Source of the DNA: Candidatus Woesearchaeota archaeon
GTDB taxonomy: Archaea > Nanobdellota > Nanobdellia > UBA10117 > JABICX01
Assembly: GCA_018652045.1 (NCBI GenBank)
Contig: JABICX010000005.1
Span: forward strand, 74,426 to 138,425
Reading direction: 5' to 3'
DNA: 64,000 nt
How positions within the stretch are numbered: the first letter of the stretch is position 1; each line of letters starts with the position of its first letter. This document shows positions 37,219 to 44,121 of the stretch, piece by piece. Made by a program: the position numbers and the translations under genes. The notes below the pieces were generated by a model. It was not told the origin of the DNA and made no database searches. It worked only from the letters and a program-made list of their open reading frames with translations.

Positions 37219-37279
37219 GCATTTGTTCGCCCGTTTCCACGGCTCCCCGTCTTTGGTTATATTCGTTATTCATTTTCAT
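37187..37279 (-). CDS. SD-led leader mini-ORF (M(K)MNNEYNQRRGAVETGEQMRGDPKQQLGN)
   Basis: My translation. AGAGGT lies 2 nt before ATG 37279 and 8 nt before ATG 37273. It starts 13 nt downstream of the tRNA-Lys(CUU) 3' end and overlaps the start of the 154-aa ORF in the -1 frame relative to it. Confidence 0.45.
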   Translation of the reverse strand: MKMNNEYNQRRGAVETGEQMRGDPKQQLGN

Positions 37280-37281
37280 TT

Positions 37282-37287
37282 ACCTCT
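37282..37287 (-). promoter_or_regulatory. Shine-Dalgarno AGAGGT for the leader mini-ORF
   Basis: Minus strand reads TTTAGAGGTAAATGAAAATG. Confidence 0.55.
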
Positions 37288-37292
37288 AAAGA

Positions 37293-37385
37293 TGGGCCCA
37301 AGGGGATTTGAACCCCTAACCTTCCGATAGCTCTAGCTATTGCCATAAGAGTCGGACGCTCTGAACCAGGTTGAGCTATGAGCCC
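37293..37385 (-). tRNA. tRNA-Lys(CTT) with 17-nt canonical-position intron (37329-37345)
   Basis: Reverse complement: GGGCTCA TA GCTC AACCTGGTTCA GAGC G TCCGA CTCTTA[TGGCAATAGCTAGAGCT]A TCGGA AGGTT AGGGG TTCAAAT CCCCT TGGGCCC A. Confidence 0.85.
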
Positions 37386-37401
37386 GTATATAGAACTAAC
37401 G

Positions 37402-37439
37402 CTTGGGATGGTTATCACTGATCTTGGGATAATCACCAC
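37402..37439. repeat. tandem copies of the CTTGGGAT..ATCAC(C) motif
   Basis: CTTGGGATGGTTATCAC (37402-37418) and CTTGGGATAATCACCAC (37423-37439). The related CTTGGGATCACCAC lies at 37205-37218. Confidence 0.8.
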
Positions 37440-37489
37440 AGACAGTTAATTCGAAAAATACAGCTAGACAAGAATTCCTATTCTGATAT

Positions 37490-37541
37490 CTTAAGGTAAT
37501 CACCTAGCATGTTTATACCTATAAATCAGGCTTTATAAGAC
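37490..37541. promoter_or_regulatory. CTTAAGGTAATCACC...CTTTATAAGAC module between the two tRNA-Lys genes
   Basis: The same motif family plus a near-palindromic TATA element. Orientation is ambiguous. Confidence 0.45.
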
Positions 37542-37559
37542 TTACTATAAGAAAATAAG

Positions 37560-37633
37560 CGGGCCGTACAGGATTTGAACCCATGACTCCCAGGTTAAAA
37601 GCCTGGAGCTCTACCAGACTGAGCTAACGGCCC
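37560..37633 (-). tRNA. tRNA-Lys(TTT), no intron
   Basis: Reverse complement: GGGCCGT TA GCTC AGTCTGGTA GAGC T CCAGG CTTTTAA CCTGG GAGTC ATGGG TTCAAAT CCTGT ACGGCCC G. Confidence 0.85.
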
Positions 37634-37694
37634 TATCTCTGACTAAGTTAGTTACTTAATCAAAACAGCATAGCTAGAAGTGTGTTCCCTAAAA

Positions 37695-37752
37695 TTTGGG
37701 GTAATCACCGTTTGCCATGTTACCTGTAAACGTTGTAAGAGATTTATAAGAG
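37695..37752. promoter_or_regulatory. TTTGGGGTAATCACC...TGTAAACG...ATTTATAAGAG module
   Basis: Alignable to 22128-22186. It lies in the divergent region between tRNA-Lys(TTT) and the P-loop ATPase gene. Confidence 0.45.
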
Positions 37753-37806
37753 TTGTGTTTACTCAAGCAAAGAGGTTTTTTTAAAAGATAGCCATACAGC
37801 TGTACT

Positions 37807-38511
37807 ATGACGGTTGGAGTTTTATTAACTGGAGACACTGGAACTGGAAAGACTACTGCTGCATTAAATCTCGCAGTAAAGTATGTTCAGGCAAAGAAAG
37901 AACAACCAAAAATCGATGCACCAATTATTACTTTTGTAGATGCCAATATGGGCGGCGAATTAATACTTGGAAGAATCTGTAAAGACCACCCAAACCTTAA
38001 ACCATGGGTTCGACGAGTCGTGCCAACTGATTGTGATCATCTAACAAGTATCTTAGGTAAACCTTCTGAGGAAAATACTGATTCAGTATACCTTTCGCCT
38101 GTCGTCGTCATCGATGGGATTAGTGACTATGTAGATTTTGCAGCAGAACATGCTGACGGAGCTGCTCGAGAAGGTACTGGGCTTGGTAGTAAAGATGATG
38201 TTAGATTAGATGCAATGTTCCGCCTTCAGAGATTAACTAATACGGCTATGCGTAGAGGTAACACTGAACTGTTTATCGGAACACAGCAAAACGTCTGGGG
38301 TGCAAAAGGTCAGTATCTTAGGGGAATGGCGCATATGAAATTTTACTTTGACATGATTGCACGTACTAATTTATATAAACCAAAAGGTGGTAGAAAGCAC
38401 ACTATAACACTCGATAAAATACGCGGCGCAGATAATCCAGTAAGTCTACCAAACGGTGTTGATGACTTAGTTAGAATAATACGTGATTTACCTACATTAG
38501 AAAAAGAATAA
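37807..38511 (+). CDS. RecA-superfamily-like P-loop ATPase
   Basis: Walker A GDTGTGKTT and Walker B-like VVVIDGISD. A TATA-like TTTTTTTAAAAG lies about 25 nt upstream (leaderless). Confidence 0.55.
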   Translation: MTVGVLLTGDTGTGKTTAALNLAVKYVQAKKEQPKIDAPIITFVDANMGGELILGRICKDHPNLKPWVRRVVPTDCDHLTSILGKPSEENTDSVYLSPVVVIDGISDYVDFAAEHADGAAREGTGLGSKDDVRLDAMFRLQRLTNTAMRRGNTELFIGTQQNVWGAKGQYLRGMAHMKFYFDMIARTNLYKPKGGRKHTITLDKIRGADNPVSLPNGVDDLVRIIRDLPTLEKE

Positions 38512-38513
38512 AA

Positions 38514-38705
38514 TTATCTTTTACGCTTACCTGAAGCGAATAACTTTTCTATCCAATTGTACTTTCTAAGTCGGCTAGTGTTACCAAAGCCGCACTTTGC
38601 ACAATTCTTATGCTGAGCATGATATGTATGGTTACCACATCTTCGACATCGGATGTGGGTTTTCTTACCGCTTCGGCGGCCCATTGCTGGTGTTCCTTTA
38701 CTCAT
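38514..38705 (-). CDS. rpl37e: ribosomal protein L37e (eL37)
   Basis: [12 protein letters not shown]...CAKCG zinc-ribbon pattern. Confidence 0.9.
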   Translation of the reverse strand: MSKGTPAMGRRSGKKTHIRCRRCGNHTYHAQHKNCAKCGFGNTSRLRKYNWIEKLFASGKRKR

Positions 38706-38744
38706 ACTACTTACCTTATTATCTAATTTAAAAGTCTATCGCAA

Positions 38745-38966
38745 TTATGCTGGACTTACAAATAGAACCATATCTCCTCGGATGAAAACACGTCCAAGCT
38801 TACGGATCATCTTTCCGTCTTCGCCACGCTCTTCTGCGTCGTCTAAGACAGTATTGACATGAATGTCAAATGCTTTTAAAGTTCCAGTAACTTGTCGCTT
38901 GTTCTTCAGTTCTACAATAACTCTTTTTCCTTTTGCTTGATTTAATGCATCTAGTGGTCTTTCCAT
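38745..38966 (-). CDS. Sm-like (LSm/SmAP) protein
   Basis: Sm1/Sm2 pattern: VIVELKNKRQVTGTLKAFDIHVNTVLDDAEE...VFIRGDMVLFVS. Confidence 0.9.
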   Translation of the reverse strand: MERPLDALNQAKGKRVIVELKNKRQVTGTLKAFDIHVNTVLDDAEERGEDGKMIRKLGRVFIRGDMVLFVSPA

Positions 38967-39066
38967 TTAAGCACCTCAAAGTAATCATAGTGCTTAAAGT
39001 GGGTATTTAAAGCTTGCTATTCTGCTCTAGTAATAATGTTTAAAAGAGCCGCTACAAACACATATT

Positions 39067-39702
39067 ATGACGTTTAATCAACCTTCTATTTCACAACAAG
39101 ATACTTTATTTGATCGGATAGTTAATCTCGGTTTCATGCCAAAAGGTAGAGAAATCATGAGCTCGCCGCTACTGCTATCTGAAACGATACGTGGGTACTT
39201 TGGAGAACATAGCAAGCATGTTGAAGGAGTTGTTGTATTTCGAGAGAACAATATACGTAAACTTGCAGTGTTAGTTAAATCAGATACTTTACCTATGATG
39301 ACGGATACGTCAGTAGCAAAACCAGTATACTTTGTTCCAATCAATAGAATGCTTGACGATTTAGAATCTAATGCGTACGGTAATTGGGATTGGAACGGTT
39401 TGATTAATTATCCTTTTTATCAAAAGATACTGCAAGGTGATGTTATGTATGATGAAGGTTCGGTTAAACAACTTAAGACTATAGCTAATCTTACGGAAGA
39501 TTTGTTTCTTAATGCACCAATTTATTCACCATCCCTTAGACAATTCGGCTTGAACGCAGATCCCGAAGAGGATCCAACAATGAGATACTTATTTGGCTTC
39601 CTGCCAGAAGAAGTCCAAGAAGCTTATGCATTCTGGGAAAAAGAAATCCCCAAATTTAGTAGTATGATTAACGCTCTTCGGAAAAAAGACTTTGCTGAAT
39701 AA
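39067..39702 (+). CDS. hypothetical protein
   Basis: ORF only. Confidence 0.45.
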   Translation: MTFNQPSISQQDTLFDRIVNLGFMPKGREIMSSPLLLSETIRGYFGEHSKHVEGVVVFRENNIRKLAVLVKSDTLPMMTDTSVAKPVYFVPINRMLDDLESNAYGNWDWNGLINYPFYQKILQGDVMYDEGSVKQLKTIANLTEDLFLNAPIYSPSLRQFGLNADPEEDPTMRYLFGFLPEEVQEAYAFWEKEIPKFSSMINALRKKDFAE

Positions 39703-39747
39703 GCTTTTCTACGGAAAGTTTATATTATAGCACCTGCTCTTATCTGT

Positions 39748-40854
39748 ATGGGTGGGCGAACATATCTATTATTTGCATTTCTTGCAGTCCTATTGTTAGG
39801 TAGTTTATCATCAGCGCAGGCAGTACCTGACCTGTTAATAGATGCTCAGGCAATTGACTCTGAGATCAACTTTGACGAAGTTGCTCACTATCAGGTTGAG
39901 CTGACTAATAATCGCGATGATAAGATGTCACTAACCGTTCCAATCCCACGAAATCAATGGGATATCACAATCAAACCATACATTATAGAGTTAGGTGCGC
40001 ACAAATCACAGCTCGTTGATATTTACATAGCACCACCACAGGTTGTAAAAGCGGGTGTATACAGTGTCTACTTTAAGTTTAATGATAATGGTACAAAACT
40101 GCTTGATTACAAGTATCTTCACGTTAAAGTATTAGAAGAAAGCCCAGTTGTTGAAGCAAAGATAAACATCATAGAAGAGATTGAGGCAAAGGAATACTGG
40201 TCTGAAGAGTTCTTAGTTAAAGAGTACTCCGTTACTATTATGAACAAAGGAAATGCTGTTGCAACTGGAAACTGGGAGACACCAATTACGCAGATGAGTA
40301 GCTTTTTCCTAACAAGTGAGGGTAACGAACTTATTGGTGATCGTGCAAATACTCGCGTATCTTGGAACTATGAGATCCCTGTTGGTGACGAAGCAACTTT
40401 CTCTTATCGTATCTCCTATCTACCGTTATTTGTAGCAGTGATTCTGATACTTGTAGCATTAAGTATGCTTGGCATATACTACATGTCTAGATATCGTTTA
40501 GTTAAGTCCATCGAAAAGAAGAAAGATGGGTACATTAGCATTGAACTAGCTATAAAAAACAAGACAGGTAAGGTTCAGAAGAATGTTGTATTAGAAGATC
40601 ATATTCCAGTTCCATTCATGTTATCCCGAGAGTTTGGCACTATGAAGCCATCTGCAGTTAAGCAACACAAAGATAAGCTTAATGTCATCTGGAAGTTTGA
40701 GGAGCTTCAGCCAAAAGAAGAAAGAATGTTGTCTTACAAAATGAAGTCAAAGATAGAGGTTGAGGGCAAGATCCTTATTCCTGCAGCTAAGCTCACACAG
40801 AAAGAAAAAGGCAAGAAACCAATCGAAGTATTCTCAAAGATCAAACAACTCTAG
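39748..40854 (+). CDS. signal-peptide protein with extracytoplasmic beta-rich domains, one TM helix and a cytoplasmic C-terminal domain
   Basis: N-terminal signal (LLFAFLAVLLLGSLSSAQA) and a central TM helix (LPLFVAVILILVALSMLGIYYM). Confidence 0.5.
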   Translation: MGGRTYLLFAFLAVLLLGSLSSAQAVPDLLIDAQAIDSEINFDEVAHYQVELTNNRDDKMSLTVPIPRNQWDITIKPYIIELGAHKSQLVDIYIAPPQVVKAGVYSVYFKFNDNGTKLLDYKYLHVKVLEESPVVEAKINIIEEIEAKEYWSEEFLVKEYSVTIMNKGNAVATGNWETPITQMSSFFLTSEGNELIGDRANTRVSWNYEIPVGDEATFSYRISYLPLFVAVILILVALSMLGIYYMSRYRLVKSIEKKKDGYISIELAIKNKTGKVQKNVVLEDHIPVPFMLSREFGTMKPSAVKQHKDKLNVIWKFEELQPKEERMLSYKMKSKIEVEGKILIPAAKLTQKEKGKKPIEVFSKIKQL

Positions 40855-40928
40855 AACAAATCAAAGGATTTGTAGTCTAACTTTTTCTGAGGAAAAACTT
40901 ATAAGCAAGCTATTAACCTTATTATCAT

Positions 40929-40945
40929 CCCGTCCAATAGCTCAG
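40929..40945 (+). other. partial duplicate of the tRNA-Tyr 5' end (CCCGTCCAATAGCTCAG)
   Basis: Compare the true 5' end CCCGTCCTAGCTCAA at 41004. The two are separated by a 58-nt segment that begins with a copy of the hairpin repeat. Confidence 0.6.
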
Positions 40946-40982
40946 CCTTTTCTTTACGAAAGAAAACGCTGGCGAAAAGAAA
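40946..40982. repeat. hairpin repeat element, diverged copy C (CCTTTTCTTT-ACG-AAAGAAAACGCTGGCGAAAAGAAAT)
   Basis: Same architecture as copies A and B, with substitutions. Confidence 0.65.
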
Positions 40983-41003
40983 TATTAAATGGGTACAAAT
41001 AAT

Positions 41004-41165
41004 CCCGTCCTAGCTCAATTGGTAGAGCGCGTGGCTGTAGTATGGTTCCCTTTCTTTAGAAAGAAAGGTCTCCACCCAAAAGAAGCAATTCTTACGGGTG
41101 CGTTACCCCAGAACATGTTCTGGGCAGATCCCGCGAGGTTCCTGGTTCGAGTCCGGGGGACGGGA
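41004..41165 (+). tRNA. tRNA-Tyr(GTA) with an intron of about 89 nt at the canonical position (41041-41129)
   Basis: CCCGTCC TA GCTC AATTGGTA GAGC G CGTGG CTGTAG[intron]C CCGCG AGGTT CCTGG TTCGAGT CCGGG GGACGGG A. The C1:G72 pair typical of archaeal tRNA-Tyr is present. Confidence 0.75.
41048..41068. repeat. hairpin repeat element, short copy D (CCCTTTCTTT-AG-AAAGAAAGG) inside the tRNA-Tyr intron
   Basis: First-hairpin part only. The intron also contains the perfect palindrome CCCAGAACATGTTCTGGG. Confidence 0.6.
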
Positions 41166-41257
41166 TATATTGCTCTTAGGCTATTGATTTTAAGGTATTT
41201 TGTTGCGGGACGGAACTAAATTCTATACTTTTTTATATATCTAAAAGAACGTAAAGT

Positions 41258-42004
41258 ATGAACAAAGACCAAAAATTCAAACAAGTTTTTGAAGATGCTA
41301 AGCAAGACAAAAACATCATTGGTTTCTTTCTTGGAGGTTCAAGAGGTAAGGGCCGAGAAACAAAACATTCGGACTATGATACGTATATGATAGTTAAAGA
41401 CGCTGTATTCAAACAATATCAAAAGCAGTATTCTATCAATTCTGATGATATTGATATAATGGTATATTCTTATACTACGTTTAAAGAACATGCTGAACTG
41501 GGCACTGAATGTGAATGGAACAGATATAATTTTACACATCTTAAAGCATTAGTAGATAAGAATGGAAAGATTCAGCAACTAATTGATAAGAAGGGCATAA
41601 TACCTAAAAAAATCCTTAAGAAATACCTTAGTGGGCATTTGGACGGATATATCAATAATGTATATCGTTCATTTAAGTGCTTTAGAGATAAAGATACTAT
41701 CGGCGCTCGTTTGCAAGCTGCAGAGTCCATACCTCTTCTTTTGAACGTAATATTTGCATTAGATGGCGGTAGAATCAGACCCTACTATAAATATTTAGTC
41801 TGGGAATTAGAAAAACAACCAATTAAAAAATTATCAATTAAATCACAGGACTTAATCAAAATAATACTGCGTATATTAAGAGATGCTGACCAGAACACGC
41901 AACGTGAGCTATTCAAAGCTGTTGAGAAAGCTCTCAGAAAGGAAGGATATGGTTATGTATATGATTCATGGGGCGCGGGTCTAAACTTGATTAGAAAGAA
42001 ATAG
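41258..42004 (+). CDS. nucleotidyltransferase-fold protein (ANT(6)/AadK-like)
   Basis: N-terminal IIGFFLGGSRGKGRETKHSDYDTYMIV matches the GS...D.D NTase signature. Confidence 0.55.
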   Translation: MNKDQKFKQVFEDAKQDKNIIGFFLGGSRGKGRETKHSDYDTYMIVKDAVFKQYQKQYSINSDDIDIMVYSYTTFKEHAELGTECEWNRYNFTHLKALVDKNGKIQQLIDKKGIIPKKILKKYLSGHLDGYINNVYRSFKCFRDKDTIGARLQAAESIPLLLNVIFALDGGRIRPYYKYLVWELEKQPIKKLSIKSQDLIKIILRILRDADQNTQRELFKAVEKALRKEGYGYVYDSWGAGLNLIRKK

Positions 42005-42140
42005 TTTTATACTCCCTTAACCATAACTAACTAATACAAACGTCACTATTCTCTCGGATTTGGGGGACGGGAGTTATTACTCTAAGTCTATTTAGCGAAT
42101 AGAAACACTTTTAAACCACTATTTCCACCTATAAGTAACA

Positions 42141-42494
42141 ATGGCACCCACTGAAGCTGAAGTTTATACTTCAATTGATGAGATGAAACAATCTTTAGCG
42201 ATTGTAGACGAAAGAACACAGTCTATATTACAAGCGCGTAATAAAATTAGTTCAAGCGTTCGTGGAACTTCTGAACCAGATCCAATGTATGTAATTATAG
42301 ATCAACACCTCCAAACATGTCAGAATTTACTTGGTTTAAGAGCAATACTTTACACTGGAGTAATATCTAAGGCGGAGCGCGCTATAGAAGCTGAAACATT
42401 TAATCCAGATACTTTCGACATAGAAGCGATTTTAGAGGCCACAAAGCAGCAATTCGGTTACACGGATCCAGAAATGCCTGCTAAGCAAAAATAG
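42141..42494 (+). CDS. hypothetical protein
   Basis: ORF only. Confidence 0.4.
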   Translation: MAPTEAEVYTSIDEMKQSLAIVDERTQSILQARNKISSSVRGTSEPDPMYVIIDQHLQTCQNLLGLRAILYTGVISKAERAIEAETFNPDTFDIEAILEATKQQFGYTDPEMPAKQK

Positions 42495-42572
42495 TCTTTA
42501 GAACTATAAATTCCTAACAGTATTTTTAGTAATTTTTCAAAGAGTTTATATTATTAGTTTGCTAGAGAAGCT

Positions 42573-43823
42573 ATGACTTCGCGAGAGACAGCTGACGGGT
42601 TAAACTCAAACATATGGAAGATCTACTTGATCAATTTTCTCAAAGGTCTCATGTTCTTCTTACCAATCTATGCGTTATATCTTCAACAAGAACTATTTAC
42701 AGTCTTCAACGTATCTTTAATCATTGCCCTGGAAGCTGTCTTCCTTGTGTTATTTGAGGTTCCTAGTGGTGCAATCGCAGACCTATTTGGCAGAAAGAAT
42801 ACGCTTATAGTATCTGGCATTGTAACACTTTTCGCGCTATTTTTCCTTAGTATTGGAACCGCACTCGTATTCTTTATTGTATATGCAATACTTATGTCGC
42901 TAGCTGAAAGTTTAAACAGTGGAACCGATGTTGCGTTATTGTTTGATTCAATCAAAGGGGTAAACAAACAAGCTCGGAGAGAAGCAATTGCATTATCTGA
43001 GAAGTCTGTAGAAAGTAGATCGATAACTCTCTTTCCAGGTAAAACTCACTTCAAGAAAGTTATAGGCATAAATGGCAGCATGTGGCAGATTGGAGCAAGC
43101 GTAAGCGCAATAATTGGAGGCGTTCTTGCTACTCAATCGCTAAGACTACCAATCCTTGCGACAATTGTTCCAGCTACAGTAGCGTTAATCCTTGTTTTCT
43201 TCCTAACTGAACCAAAGTACGCAAAAGAAAAACATAGTAATATTCTCAGACATGTATCTAAATCAGCAAAGTTGTTTGCTAAGAAGCGGCAATTGCTTAT
43301 ACTCTTTATTGTAGGCTTCCTATTCAATGCATTTGGAGAGGTGTCACACCAACTAAAACCGATTTTCCTTTCATTCAAAGTAATACCTATAGAATACTTT
43401 GGTTTAATTTTTGCCCTTACCTTTGGATTAAGTGCTTTAGGATCACTGATATCTCATGATGTAAGCAGTAAGTTCGGAAACAAAAAGGTACTTATTTGGA
43501 GTGTAATTTCTGCTCCACTGCTCCTACTTGGAGCAACACTTACGGTTGGAATTTGGGTTGGAATATTTTTAGTTACTGGCGCGCTGTTTTGGGGAATTAG
43601 GGGGCCAATTATGATGCACCTACAAAACCTCGAAATATCATCAAAAAATAGAGCTACAGTGATATCGGTGGGAAATATGGGAAACCGCTTAGGATTAGCA
43701 ATCTTTATCCCAATCTTTGGTCTATTATCGGATCAATATACAATAAACTTTGTATTCCAGTTGATTGGCGGGTTATACTTTATTGCAGTATTTGTAATAT
43801 TATTCCTTAAAGATAAAGACTGA
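42573..43823 (+). CDS. MFS-type transporter
   Basis: About 12 hydrophobic helices, with the loop motif GAIADLFGRK (MFS motif A-like). Confidence 0.75.
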   Translation: MTSRETADGLNSNIWKIYLINFLKGLMFFLPIYALYLQQELFTVFNVSLIIALEAVFLVLFEVPSGAIADLFGRKNTLIVSGIVTLFALFFLSIGTALVFFIVYAILMSLAESLNSGTDVALLFDSIKGVNKQARREAIALSEKSVESRSITLFPGKTHFKKVIGINGSMWQIGASVSAIIGGVLATQSLRLPILATIVPATVALILVFFLTEPKYAKEKHSNILRHVSKSAKLFAKKRQLLILFIVGFLFNAFGEVSHQLKPIFLSFKVIPIEYFGLIFALTFGLSALGSLISHDVSSKFGNKKVLIWSVISAPLLLLGATLTVGIWVGIFLVTGALFWGIRGPIMMHLQNLEISSKNRATVISVGNMGNRLGLAIFIPIFGLLSDQYTINFVFQLIGGLYFIAVFVILFLKDKD

Positions 43824-43852
43824 GCTGAGAAACCGCATTATTCTTTCAGATC

Positions 43853-44119
43853 TTATTCAGTTTTAGTTCGTCTCAACCAGTTTTTGATCTTGTAGTTCAT
43901 TGTTATGTATATATGTAGCGCTAGAAATATAACAAAAGGCCACTTAAGCCAAGAATGAAGCCAGAACGCCCTGCTCTTGCCAAGCAAACCTAGGGTCAGA
44001 GGTCCAACAAGTTGATAGTTAGTTATCCCAAACCCTGAAATAAGAAATAAGGCTGTAACGATCATGAGTAATGTATGAACTAAGGTCCTCACCCGTCTCG
44101 AAAGTAATATGTTTACCAT
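43853..44119 (-). CDS. small membrane protein, probable partner of the adjacent molybdopterin-domain protein
   Basis: Two or three TM helices. Its start lies 3 nt after the upstream gene's stop. Confidence 0.45.
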   Translation of the reverse strand: MVNILLSRRVRTLVHTLLMIVTALFLISGFGITNYQLVGPLTLGLLGKSRAFWLHSWLKWPFVIFLALHIYITMNYKIKNWLRRTKTE

Positions 44120-44121
44120 TT

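Noticed and set aside
35046-38511. An integrated mobile element or prophage remnant at tRNA-Lys, explaining the GC-shifted block
   Set aside because: There is no integrase, transposase or capsid gene, and no direct repeat of a tRNA 3' segment. The GC shift coincides exactly with the two lysine-free ORFs and follows from the absence of AAA/AAG codons. Horizontal origin is still not excluded.
40929-40945. The tRNA-Tyr 5' fragment as a genuine split-tRNA half (Nanoarchaeum-type)
   Set aside because: A complete tRNA-Tyr with its own 5' end follows 58 nt downstream. I see no matching separate 3' half and no complementary leader. I treat it as a duplication scar, reported under findings.
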